Position numbers and translations under genes: made by a program
Shown here: positions 23,856 to 37,142 of the stretch, in pieces
Numbering within the stretch: the first letter of the stretch is position 1
How the letters are laid out: each line of letters starts with the position of its first letter
Notes under the pieces: generated by a model
What the model was told of the DNA's origin: nothing
Databases searched by the model: none
Seen by the model: the letters and a program-made list of their open reading frames with translations, nothing else
Assembly: GCA_965285935.1 (NCBI GenBank)
Contig: OZ260667.1
Span: 10,416,001-10,480,000 of the forward strand
Origin: Ophelia neglecta
Taxonomy: Eukaryota
Direction: 5' to 3'
Length of the DNA: 64,000 bases

Positions 23856-24196
23856 TGGCCTGGCTTCTCGTTCGGATCAGACTAACTCGACACACTTCGT
23901 GTTTAAGTTTCTCTGGGTCGGGTTCCTGGAGTAAAAAAAGCGATTATTTAGAGTAAATTTGTTTAATGGCCGACTGTCAAACCATTGGCGGGGCAGTTAA
24001 AAAACGAAGCCAGTTGTCACTTCGGATGTTGTTGGATTGGATTCCACTTATTAAGGTGTTTGGGGGTTAAACCGGCAAACACCCCTCTATAGGAGACGAC
24101 ACTTCCTTAATCCCCCCCCCCCCCCCACACACACATGGATTTAAGATCAACTCCTTGCCGGCAAAAGCAAATGGGGTCCCGGCCTAATATGCCTAC

Positions 24197-24357
24197 CTAA
24201 ATCCGACCGTGATATACTTGAAGTACGCGACAGGGACACGTTCGGAGCTTCCCAAGAGAAATGTTAATCTGGAGGAGCAGGATTTCTTAAGATAACGTAA
24301 TACAGCAGATAAACTGAGCCATTCATCAAGACAGTAGCTATATTAGCCGCCGACTGA
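24197..24357 (-). promoter_or_regulatory. Candidate core promoter / non-coding first exon of LHFPL paralog 1
   Basis: Inr-like TCAGTC (24357-24352) and donor TTAG|gtaggc at 24196, which could join the acceptor at 23926. The segment is duplicated at about 28660-28835. Confidence 0.35.
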
Positions 24358-27300
24358 GCTCAGTCTACTGTATTTTGTCTACAGGTGTGAGTGCTTTGTA
24401 TAGAAACTCGCTTAATTTCAGGTAATCGCGTGAGTTTCATACCGTGTAAATATTTGCAATATTTCCCGTTTTCAGGTAAAGGCAATGTAGCTTGCTTGTT
24501 TATCCTAGGTATGATATGTATAAACAATAGTGTATTGCCGCGCAGTAATACAATATAATAGGTGTTACATCCGCCGTGGTATGCCCCGAGCGTTTTAATG
24601 TAAAAGGCCGGCCTACGTGGAAAGATCTTTCAGTGTATACCCGGACCGCCCGACCAGAAGCGTGTAAATGTTATCTGTATACGTAGATCGATGTTGACTT
24701 CTATCATAAACCTATACACCTTGCCCTTTAATGAATGTTGTGATACTCTACAAAATGTCCAAATCAATTTGTGGAACACATGTAAATCTTTTCGCAACCA
24801 CCACTTGGGGGAGCTCGTTCCTTTTATTTCAGCCTTAGGCTACATAATTGAGCTGCTCCTACCCCATCCCCGGTATAGAGCCGTGACGTAAAATAATTCC
24901 AACGAAAATGGGAATTTATATGGCCATATATATGTATAACAACGTGCCAGAGGAACATGACTTGATAGCACCGTAAGTTAATGAAGTTCGTCCTATAACA
25001 GAGAATGAGATTTACAGGGCATGCATATTGTATTTGTTTATCAAGCTTTCTACTAAATAGTCCAAAGAAGGTGATCAAATTCAGTCTGTTTAGGATCATA
25101 TCATCCAAGAGCTGGTATTAGATCGTCCTTTATTGTTTCTATTGACAAGAAAGGGTTTAAGAGCAAGTCCATTAATTATGTAGACTTCTGTAATGGGAAA
25201 CTAAGGAAGCAATGTGGCCAGGGTTAAGTCACCTATTACTTCTAAATATCCTAGCCATAAATGAGAACCTCATCTCTAACCATGACCTTCATAAACTAAT
25301 CAATACCAGTCATATTGTACCAATGGGACAACGTTGACAGACACTCCTTCTTATTAAGTGGCCGGCCGCCAGAGGACGCGGATTGGCAACTACAGGAAAC
25401 TCGTCATGACAACGGCACGTGTTTGTTTGTCCCTAAATGGTCAATGGGAGAACAAATTAATAAGATAAGTCTACAATCCGAGGTTCCGATACACCATCTA
25501 AAAGCTAATTGAGTTCTGATGGAAACGAAGTTGGTCTTCCCATTGGGGAAGTCCTGCGTACAGTTTTTCTTGCAGGCTGTGCTTGACTTAATACCAAACG
25601 AAACAATACGGAAAAATGCTTGCCTTTTCACTGTGCACGAAATAAACCTACCCCTGCGCGAAATTAACCGAATTTTGCGCGGAATTAAACGTTGCGCGGA
25701 ATATACCCGACTTACCTTTGGTTCAAGAACCAACAAGCATTCTGTAACCCTATTATGTTACGTGGGTAGTCGTGATTGGTCGATTTAATTTTTCGAACCT
25801 GTATCAACAATATGTGAGCAAACCCCATTGATTGTAATCGGAAGAGAGACCCACAAACCGTGGATTATAATAGTGGATTATTTCAGTGTTTTTCAGTGTG
25901 TTCCGGTGCGTTATTAATGATACCGGAAGTGTCGCGAGTTGAAATCACGTAAAATCACACGGGAACCAGAGTCATAGCTTATTTGTGATCATCCTGTGGT
26001 CAACAAATCACACAAGCGATCAATTCAAGTGCGATAATTTAAGAAAACGAAAATATTTGTGACTCTCACACCCTTTCTTTTTAGGCAGTATGAATAAGAA
26101 TTTGAAGTAAGAAATTAACTAGATGTTATCTATGTACCAAAAATGTCTATAAGGCTTATATTTGTACAGTTTAGGCCTACTACAGCATGTAGGACTCTTC
26201 CCATGGTCAGCCCACACAATTCATTTGAAATCAGTATTAAAATTTCCATTGCTTTATTAACATGTGTGCTCGTGTTATCTAAAGAGCCCGCTCTGCCAAC
26301 ATGCCATCTTCTCCTTTCGCTCTCCATCAGTTGGATGACCATTTGCCATGGCGGTCTGTCACGCGAGAATATCGTCTAATCTCGCCATCCCCTTTCCAAT
26401 CTCGCTGTGATCTCGCCGTCCAATATGTCTCCACGATACACAGGCCAGGGTGGGCCAGGCGTCGCTATATTGTTCTCCACTCTCCATGATCACACGCAAT
26501 AATCTAGCAAGGGACCGGAAGCGATGTTATCACATGATTCATGGTTATAAGGCCCGGATTTTGGCGCCAAATCGCGCGTGTTCGTTCTCGTCTGGCAGGA
26601 GACGCGTTGTGGGAGATTTAAGGTGACGTTGTCGATAAGGATTTATAATGACAATACTAGGACGCTGTCACGCCAACAGTCAGACGACTCGGTCTGGGCT
26701 CTGTCGACCGTATGCATCTCTCTGGCTCGGCGGGAGGAGTGGGGAGGAGGAGGGGGGGGGGGCAGAAGGGTCAAGCTCCATTGTATTTGTTTATAGGGTC
26801 GCACAGCAGGAATATACATACATGGGGTTCTTTTTCGTCAAAACCTTACAAGGATGTCCTTTTTCGGCAAGCCCTTAAATGGGTCGGTATCCAGAGCCGG
26901 GTAAGATGTAGATGTACGTAGATAAGGTAAGATGTACGTGGATGGTCGGGTTTTCGACCCCTTTTAAACATTGTGCCCCCAGAGCCCCCCACTATGTGTA
27001 TGAGACAACAGCGATATACGGAAGTCATTTGCCTGCTTGTGGCGCCTTTAACTCCGTCATAACTAACCGTCTGTAGGAGAGCCAGGCACATAGCTGTCAG
27101 AGGCAGACACGTAACATCCCCAGTGTACATGTCACACGCCGTAGAGGTCCACTACGCCGCGGGCTGCCGAGGCTCCTGTAATGATGTCCTACAGCTTTAC
27201 TTAACGTATACAGCAAGCACATTGCTAGTCCCACAGAGAAGGTTTATGTCACCGGGGTTGGGAGGGGGGGGGGAGTAACCTTGACCTTATGAGAAACCTA

Positions 27301-27929
27301 TTATAGTGGACGTCCATAGAGATTTCATTAATATTTTTGTATATTTTTCTATCTATCGCCCCCTTGCCCCAACCCCCTGCAGCCCTCTACCCCCTTTATC
27401 CCTCTATCGCCCCCTACAGGCCTCCGTCGCCCCTTCCCCACCCACATCCCTCTAACCACCCCATCCCCGCCTCCTCCTTCATTACGGCCGTTTATCGCCT
27501 CTATACAATACTCTTTAGCCCCTTAAAAGCTCTCTGTCTCCTGCCCCCTACAGCCATCTGTCTACCCCCCCCCCTTCCTCAAGGCTACAGCCCTCTACTA
27601 CCCCCAACCCCTTGTACAGTCCTCTAAAGCCCCACTACCTACACCCATCTATCGCTCCCTCCCCTTCCCACTTTATCCCAGGATCATCTGATTCTCCGTT
27701 AATCCGCCGCCAGATCCATCAGGAAGCAGAGACAACTTATAGTTTTGGGGGTCACGGAGCCCGTTTGCCGACATCGCTCACGTACAATGGCAGTTATTTT
27801 ATACCGTTACGTCTGATTTCCCGAGGATGACATTGATTCATGATCGACTAAGTCTGATACACCCGACCGGATTTAGGATTCCACTTGTTGTTCTGGGAGA
27901 ACAGTCGGCTAGCTTGTATGGGGACGGGG

Positions 27930-28500
27930 ATAGGTGTCCCCGGCCTTCGGAGTGGGATATGTGTCCCCTCCCATGAGGGGTAGGTGTCCCCTCTCGTGAG
28001 GAAAAGGTGTCTCCTCCCGTGAGAGATAGATGCCCCGTCCCCTCCCGTATAGGAGTCGATGTCTCCTCCCGTGGGGGATAGGGGCCCCTCCATTCCCGTG
28101 TGAGATAGGTTTCCCCTCCCGTGAGGGATGTGTCCCCTCCCCTCCCGTGTGGAGTAGATGTCTCCTCCCGTGAGGGATAGGGGTCTCTCCCCTTACGTGA
28201 AGGATAGGTGTCCCCTCCCGTGAGGGATGTGTCCCTCCCCTCCCGTGTGGAGGATATGTCCTCTCCCGTTAGGGATAGACCTCCTCTCCCCTCCCGTGTG
28301 AGAAAGGTGTCTCCTCCCGTGAGGAATATGATCCCCTCCCGTGAGGAATAGGTGTCCTCACTATGAGGGATTTCCTAGCCTGTGGGATGGGTGTCCCCTC
28401 CCGCTAGAGGGAAGGATGTCCCGTCCCGTGTAGGACAGGTGTGAGGGAAGAATGCCCCTCCTGTGTAAGATGACCCCCCCCCCCTCCCGTGTGACCAAGG
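27930..28500 (+). repeat. Degenerate tandem repeat (gtgtcccctcccgtgagggatag-like, about 21-27 bp)
   Basis: Recurrent cctcccgtg core throughout. Confidence 0.85.
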
Positions 28501-29136
28501 TGTCTCTTCCCGGGAGGGTGTCTGGTGGCTAAGGCTCCCATGATTAGTATCCCCGCGAGACTGAGCTCCCAGACACTCCTCCATGGAAGAGAATTCTTTC
28601 CAAACGCCTCCGAACTCCCGCTGGAGCAACTCACTGGGCGCCAAGCCCTGTGCGTGCTTCTAAATCCGACCGAGATATACATGTACTTGAAATACGCCAC
28701 AGTCACACACTCGGTGCTTCCCGAGAAATACGTTATCCCGGAGACCCGGAGATGCGGGGCTTCCTGAGATGATTGAATCCAACAGATAAACACAACCATT
28801 CATCTTGACAGGCGCTATTAACCACTGACTGAGCACACACAAGTACCTTGTCTGCTGGTGTATGTATTTTCCCGCGGATGAATCGGGTAATTTCCGAGAA
28901 TTTCGCGCATAATAATATTCCTCTCAAGATCCAGCAATGCACGGTTCTAACGAATGCAGAATTCGTATTTCTTAACTACAGGATTTCTTATTGTAGAATT
29001 CGGTAATTCTTACTAGCGGAATAAAACGAAATAAGGCAAAATTTGGAGTTTCTGTCCACTCCCATATAGGATGTTAACATTTTACTACTTTTAGGCTCAC
29101 AGGTTCACGAGGCGCCGGTCCGCTGCTACTTTTATA

Positions 29137-29314
29137 CAGTGAAACCTGTGAATTAAGACCAACCATTGGATTGGAAAATGCTCGTCTGATTTTGGAGATG
29201 GTCTGTTTAGAGAGGTCATTTAACATTGAAAGTATGCAGCATGGTCCACATATCAGTGGTCTGAATAGACAGGTGGTCTGATTATAGAGGTGGTCTTTAA
29301 GGCAGGTTTAACTG
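29137..29314 (-). mobile_element. MITE family A, full length, opposite orientation
   Basis: TA-cagtgaaacctg ... caggtttaactg-TA. Confidence 0.9.
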
Positions 29315-29959
29315 TATAATTAGTTATACACAGGCAGCAGCGGACCGGCGCCCCGTGTACCTAGCTGTGGTTGGGCTAGGGATCTGGGGATTGGTGTTTG
29401 TGGGGCTGCTGCTGCTGGTTTCTGAGAGAAAGTTTCCCTCTTCCTACCTGCTCCACAGAATTAAAAATGATGGGTTCGCCTTTGGCATGTTGTCAGAAAG
29501 GCTATGTGAGACCAACCTATATATACTGGCGGTTTGGGGTCCAACAACACTATAAAGTGTTTACGCATATTGCCCTTGTTAGCTGAGGCAATACACCGGG
29601 CAGAATATTGTCGTGTCATTGATCTGAACCAACAATAAGACAAATTGTCTTCACATGAAGTGTCGTCTGCCTGAGTATCTGGGATCTGAAGGGCTATCCA
29701 GGCTATCAATCGTCCCTCTTGTCATTGACAGACACGACACGGCCACAAAGCTAACAGCTCATTTACACAGGAAGACAGGATTGTCTCTCGGAAGGGAGGG
29801 ATATGTTATCGCTGGGAGGCTGTGGGGTGGCTCTCTCCTGCACAACATTTGTCTTTCATTCAAGGCACAGTCATTGGCATAATGGAAACCTGACACGTAG
29901 CTGCGAGATACCAGATACGATATACGTGGTCAATCAAACACAGGAACATATATCTTATA

Positions 29960-30129
29960 AAGTGAAACCTGCCTTAAAATATAACCAGACCACCTGTCAT
30001 TTCAGACCACTAATATTAGGCCTGTGCTGTAATCTTTCAATGTTATATAACCTGTCTAAACAGACCACCTCCGAAATCAGACCAGAATTTACCAGTTCCT
30101 TTGTTGGTCTTGATTCACAGGTTGTACTG
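29960..30129 (+). mobile_element. MITE family A, diverged
   Basis: aagtgaaacctgcc ... caggttgtactg-TA; same interior as the other A copies. Confidence 0.85.
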
Positions 30130-31937
30130 TATACTAGGCCTTTATCAAACAACAGGATTTAATTGGAAACAACAGAAAAAACTTTCTTTAAAATTCTCGG
30201 CACAATTTTGATGACAAACTTCTAATAGAGGATATAGAGTAATGTAAAAAAAAAGATTCAACATAAATAATGTTTTTTAAACAAGATGAAATTCGTTTCA
30301 ACAAATAATCCAATGAAAACTATTTACACTTCACTTAACCAACCGCCTTCAATGTATATCCTACAAGCAGGCCTATGGTGTAATCAGTAAATATCAAACA
30401 ATCTGTAATTAATTGATTATTCTGTCGCAAAAATACAGTAGCAAGAGTCATCATTAGGTCCAGATACCGGGCATATATTACCCATTATTTAAATCATCAA
30501 ACTATCTGAAAATAAAAGATTTATTTACAATTCACTGCCTTAAAATATATTTTTCTAGTTTTAAGCACAAGTGCCCCCTATATATAAATATATACTGTAC
30601 AATATGTAACGCTAACTTTAATCATTCTCCGTGCTTATAACACATGAAACATTGAAGTCGTTTAACGCAAAACTTTCAGAACTAACATTATCCTAAACGA
30701 TATCTGAGGTACAAAACAATCAATTTGATTTTTATACCCATTGCCAAGTGTATATAACAAAAAAGTGTAATTTACAAAAATATTATTTTTATTAGATAAT
30801 ATTCAGATACTTTTCCCATTAGAAATTGTTATATATGTTTAATATAAAGTGTCCTATTTCTATATATTCTTGTATTGATAATGTAACAATGTGATTTATA
30901 TGTACTCCTATGTCTCGTAAAGGCGGCCAGCAGACACAGCTTTGGCTATCGCTAGCGTCCTTCAATAAAATTATTTCAATCCATCAAAAGCAGTAATCAA
31001 ATATCGCTAGTCTTCGTTTTTTTACATTTTCGTCACAAAAAATGACTAAATTGAATTATTACAGCAGCTCTAAATAACTGGATCTGAGTATAGATACACA
31101 TTTAGAGACAGATTCATCCAAATATATCGTTTTGTGTCACAATCCCGTTTAGCAGTTGTAAATTGGTCCAGTGGTGATTATTAAAGTTATAAATTGTCGA
31201 ACCGTCACCGTCATTATAACACAAAATAGGATATAATGTTCAATTTTTCTTCTTTTTTCTTATTTCAGATACGAAATTGACAGAGTAAGCTTTACTGAAA
31301 TTGCACATGCCATTTATTCCATGCTCTAGTTTTCCGACGAATACAATTTACAGTTTATGGGGGGGGGGGGGGGGAGGAGGAGGGGGGGGGGGCTTTATAC
31401 GTTTATGGGTACTCCGGTACTTTAGACTTGTAATTTATTCCGTAATAAATATTGGCTACCATATTGGTTTAGTTAAATATGCGCTGGGATAAACTACGTC
31501 TATATTGTGCGCGGAATAAGGCCACTTACTGCGTGCAGTTAAACGATGTAAAAAATAACCGAATCAAGCTATATTACACTGACTTGACATCTAAGGAGAA
31601 AACATACGAATGGTTGTAAGATCTGAAGAGTTTTATCTTAGTAAGAAATCGTTTTTTAATTATCTCCTGTCTGGGTTCCTCGTTCATCTATGGTACATAA
31701 ACACTGCCCAACTGATGACGAATACAATGTCTGTGCGGCGCCGAGACAAGGAGACTCTAAGTATGGCGCCCCTAGCTTAACACGTCCCTGACAATTCGGT
31801 GCTCAAGGAAAAAACAGTGATTGGGCTGACTTCTCCTTCGTTCGATCCGAGGGTAAAGAGTCGTTATCGAAGTCCCGCAATTAGTGAATATATTAAATCC
31901 GTTGTTTGGCACTGATGTTCTGGACGTTACATGTAAT

Positions 31938-32350
31938 GAGAAATACGCCCGTATACGGGAAGTTTGCCAAAAGTACACAGGTATACGGGAAGTAAACCTG
32001 AAATACTCACGTATACGGGAAGCAATACGAACGTTTACTGGATTTTACCCAGAATTAGGCACGTATACCAGAAGTAACAAACACGCACGTGCACGGAAAG
32101 TTAGGCAGAAATACGCACGTATTCGATAAGTTAGCCAGAAATACGCACATATATGGGAAGATAGTCAGAAGTACGCACGTATACGGGGAATGTGCCAGAA
32201 ATACGCACGTAGGCCTATATGGGAAGTTAGCCTTCAATACTCACGTTTATAGGAAGTTAGCAAGAAATACTCACGTATACGGAAAGTTAACCTTAAATAG
32301 GCACGTGCACGGGAAGTAAGCGAGAAATACGCGCGTATACGGGAATTTAA
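31938..32350 (+). repeat. About 30-bp minisatellite (agaaatacgcacgtatacgggaagttagcc), about 13 copies
   Basis: Periodic aaatacgcacgtatacggga motif. Confidence 0.9.
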
Positions 32351-32699
32351 TCAGACAATGACAATGACAATGACAATGGCAATGTTTATTGGCTTAAACG
32401 TACATTATAAATACTGGTAAAGCCGGTTGGTAAGTAAAGTAAGTGCAAAGAAAAGAATTATTGGTCAGAAAACACCCTAAATGTTGTTTAGCCGAATAAC
32501 GCGAGCATTTCCTGTTTGCGATATCCCTACGCAGCACTATTTTCCATGGGAAATGACTCTCAAGTATTACTCGGCGACAAAATTTAATGAGAAAAATATA
32601 TATGATTCTTTCGCTCGCCAAGATTTTTGTTTATAGTAAAATCGATGGTGTGTACGATTTAGACTGAAGTAAAGAAGCTGGAACAATTATCAAAGGACA

Positions 32700-32895
32700 T
32701 TAGCATGAGTCTTTAACATGGACCTTTAACATGATCGGTTAATATGAGACTTAACATAAGCCTTCAAAATTGGCCTATAACATAGGCCATTGACATGGAC
32801 AATTAAGTTGGGCCTTTAACTTGGGCCTTTATCTTGTGCTTTTAACATGAGCCTTTAACATTGTCCTTTAAAATGTGCCTTAAACATGAACTATT
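32700..32895 (+). repeat. Degenerate repeat of about 14-15 bp (ggcctttaacatg)
   Basis: Recurrent ctttaacat motif. Confidence 0.75.
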
Positions 32896-35800
32896 TGAAC
32901 TTGAAGGTCGAAGCCATTCGGGTACCGATGGCCCTTATCCTTGGAAAAAAACGATTACGCTGGCTTATGATATTTCTAGCCTTTTCAAAAGATTATGGTT
33001 GTAAATATAAAAACATGAAGTTGTCTATACTATATATTAACGCCCCTCCCCCTACCACTGACCTCCATAAATTAATATTGCAGCCAAGTCGTAATGCTAC
33101 ACCATTTCATACCCCGACAGACCATAGATATGGGTCGGGCCACTTCAATATTTTTACTGGTAAACAGTGACTATTATTGACAGACTGAAGATATAAGATC
33201 TTGAGGGGAGGGCCGGGGAAGGCAGTTCTGAGCTTTACTAAAAGGTCTCTTAGCAGCTGTAAGCGACTTGAAGTCTTGGTTTCAGGAAATGTGGAGGCTT
33301 TGAAAGACACCCATAAACAGACGCAGTGCTGTTATAGCCGCCGCCATAGCCTGCTCGAGTTACTGTGAACAGGACATGGCAGTTACATTACACAGATAGG
33401 ACTCTGATTTTTGTTATAGAGGTTATTAATTTGAGGGAAATTGCACGGACCTGCTAATGGAACCTGAGTAAGGCTTGCGTGCTATATTACCGCGCACAAG
33501 ATAAAGACCTTAAAGCCTTGTAATTTCGCGATTCGTTTAATTCCGCGCAGTAAGTATTAGGCTAATTACTGCTCGAAATTAACGATGCTTACATGTGCAC
33601 TGTACGCGCGATAACTCTACGTAATGCGCGGAAATAACCGCCTGCACGGAATTAAATGTTGAGTCCAATAAGCCGACTTATGAATAACCGTATACAGGCC
33701 TAAGGCACAAATGTACTCTCTGCCATGAGTAAAGCTAAGTGTCTGCTAGTGACATCCACGTAAATTGATTTAGGAGCGACCTTATTATAGTGGTGTCGTC
33801 CGTGAAACACACGTGTATATAGCATCGCGGATTCAGGGCGGAGTCGGGGGAGGTTGAAGATGGGAAGGGGTTGTGAGAGGAGGGGGGGGGGGGAGGGATC
33901 CGTTACGGCTTAAGGCAAATGGACCACAGTTTTCGAGCTAATTGCTAACACTGAAAATTGCATAAATGTTTTTTAAACCAAGACCAGTTTCTGTTGCATC
34001 GTATCTGGCAAAATAAACCTGGACTAATGTTTCTGTGAGACTTAAGAGCCCAACTGGAGAATCTTTAGCCTTTGACGAAGGGCGAATACCTAAGATCATT
34101 AGTTGATCGGGGAGGTAGTGGACAGGTGAAGTCACGGGAGATGACTATGAGTAAAGTCCCCGGGAGGGACAGGGGTAGGGGGGCGTGGGGGTGGGGGGTG
34201 GGTGGAGGTGATCAGCGCAAAGGTGGGGGGGGGGGGGGTTTAGAAAGCGGGGGTTGGAGATATACGTACGGAGAGGGAGAGGTGGGGGTTTGTACAGGAC
34301 GAGACCTGGGAACAGACCAGCGCGAGTGAGTCAGCTCACAGGGAGAGTGCGGCAGGTGACCCATGACAGCCCTCAACCACTCCGAGAAAGAATGCTCTCT
34401 TCCCCACTCCTCTCCCAAGTCACCCCTGATATGGACTGAAAATGGTAGGTGGACTGCCCTGCTGATGGCATCAGGACAATAATGGTGGAGAGAATTGATC
34501 ACTTACCTCAGGGACGATGAAGGCGTCCTTCCATTAGGAGTAAAGTGCGGTAAGTGGTCCTCCAGCCAGACGTGTGTCTCTGCAGGACACCGAGGACATG
34601 CGCTCATACACTGAACAAGACAGCTCTCTCACCAACAGGCTACAGCAATATTCTCTCTCTAAAATGAATGCTAGTATCCATATCACTCCCAATATCCGCT
34701 AGCTAGTTTGTAACAGGGCACGCCGGCAATTCCATTATTCTCCAACATGTCATGTAGACCCGAGTGCATTGCTTAGTTAGCTGTAACTCTTTGCCTGGAT
34801 TCCCGAATGCAAGTATTAATTTTTCTTTGTCGTTTGGCTTCTGTTTTGCCTAGATATTATTCTTACAAATTGCAGGTAATGGCGCGAACTTTGATCTTGC
34901 GGCTTAGTGGCCAGACGTCATAAAAACGCTGTTTTGAGCCAAATGGGAAATTTCCGACATCGAAGCTTGTGTTATGCCAGTAAATAGGGCGATAATCGAG
35001 CAGCGTCTGTTTCAGGACAACCGAGCAATTATAAACAACGTTTGTGTCTGAACAACCGGGCGACAAAAAGGCGTCTGCTTAAGAACAAGATCCAGGAATC
35101 AAGGCCGAGTCTCCACTTTATGCCAACATAGGTGTGTTGTCACTGTACTAAAAGTGACAAGGGTGACACACTGTCATTTCTTGTCATTGAAGAAGCCCAT
35201 AGAAGCCAATGTCTTTTTCCTGCCAAAGATCATTTGATGGTCGATTCACTTATATCCTGTAAGGTATAGCACCCAGCAGCGCCAACAACAAACAGCAATC
35301 GCTAAATACTTGTTTTAGGAATCGGTGGCCAGAGAAACAGACGAAAGGCTGAGTAAGGCAATTGACGTCGCAGCAATGGGGCTGTGGCCAGAAGACTGCG
35401 TTTCGAAGCCGCCTGTGGCTGAAGTCAGCGCAGATTCCGCTACAGCGCGGCGCAAATCAACAGCGTGACCATGTGTCTCTGTCATTGCCAATCGGACCTC
35501 GGATAGTTCTGGCGTATTGACATTTAGTGAAGATGCTGCGTAGCGCTCAGTTTACACTCTACGTACTGCTGATACTGGTATAAGAACCCTTGTTGATGGT
35601 GCTGCCCACTTTCACTACCTTGATTTATCAGTTCAAGAGAACCCATGCGTCATATTTAGAACCTGACCCCCTTCAAGTGACCCCTCCACTCCATTTACTA
35701 AAGAGAGCAACCATTTAGAGGGGGTCCACTTCAAGGGGCTTTGGTTCAGTGTTTGATCTGCGACCTCAATTATTGTGTCAAAATTTAAGCAGGGAATTGA

Positions 35801-36045
35801 ATAGGCAAGCACCACCGAGATCGGTTTTACTGTTGCTTTCAGTGCGGAGACGAGGAGAGTCTTAGCACGACGCTCACAGCTTAACACCTACCCTTCTCAG
35901 CCCTGACCAATTGAGTGCTCAAGAAATTACTCTGTGATTAAAAAGTGCTTCTTTTAAGAGTCGTTAGCGAAAGTCAGCGAATATATTAAAGTCGTTATGT
36001 TTTGCACTGATGTTCAGAAAGGTACATTATGTAATGAGAAATACG

Positions 36046-36276
36046 CAGGGGAGCGGCGCATCCAGGGGGGCAGGGGGCCTGCCCCCCCCCCCCCCCCCCC
36101 CATTTTTATTTTTACTCCTAACAAGCCCATGTAGGTGCCTAAAACATAGGCAACTAGATGCATGTATGTAACCACCCCAGCTTCTGTGCCCCCCCCCCTC
36201 CCCCCGCTTTTTAATTCCTCCGCATGCCACATGGAGTGGCCCCCCCCCGCCCTGGAAATTCCTGGATCCGCCCATG
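36046..36276 (-). mobile_element. MITE family C (CAGGGGCGGATCCAG-type TIR)
   Basis: Reverse-complement homolog of 41677-41856 (shared gcaactagatgcatgtatgta...cctggaaattcctggatccgccc). Confidence 0.8.
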
Positions 36277-37142
36277 CAGGGGGAAGACGGGAAGACTAGA
36301 AAATGTCTTAAATATAGGTTAAACTCATTTGTCAACAAATATTCAAAGCTGAAATGTTCTTGGTGGTGCTGCCCACTCTCGCCGATGTGATATATCGGTT
36401 CATAAAAACCCATGCATCAAAATTCGACTCCGAGTAGCCTGAAGTTGGCCCTCCTCTCCCCAAGGAGGTGGGCCTATACTTCGTGTGGCCCAAAGTCTCC
36501 CCATAAGTAATAAAGTGAAAGAGTGAAGTGGTCGCCCCAACCGATAATGGTTCTATAGATAGCCCAGAGCAATTTGAGGAGGAAGAGCCGTTTGTATTGA
36601 GTGCAGTCCCGTGGATTGACAGGTGTGATATCCTCCTCGGCACCCGGCCCAGACGTGACCATATCAATAGACCCGAGGATCGCGGCCCTAAGCTACAATA
36701 CGGCGGACGGCACCTCACTTAAATTGAGTTGACACAGATGGCAGACCATTTACCACTAGTTATTTTGATTAACTTGAGAAAAGCCGGGAAAGGGGGGATA
36801 CTGGTCAGGGATGGGTAGATTGGGCTCTGGAGCAGGCGGTATTGTTTGTAGGAGAGAGACAGGACAAGAGGGCTGGCGTTATGGATCTTTAGGGGAGAAA
36901 GCAGGGAGATTTGGGGGGGGGGGGGCGTTTGCCGTATGAGTGTAATACATCGTGTAAGGTCTGGCCATCTTGCACACCCAATAGATATTGATGACATTGT
37001 TTCCTTGCCAGAAGACTGTTTTCTAAGACCAATGTAAAGGCTACAACACGCTACATATTCGTCTGAAGAAGGTTAATGGGATAATTATTTACCATGTACG
37101 TCCAATAAGAGAGCCAGTGGAGCTGGTTAAGGGCTATAGTGT

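Noticed and set aside
28375-28942. Overlapping ORFs on both strands
   Set aside because: The paralogous copy at 24.2 kb differs by several indels and shows no corresponding ORF, so a non-coding reading fits better.
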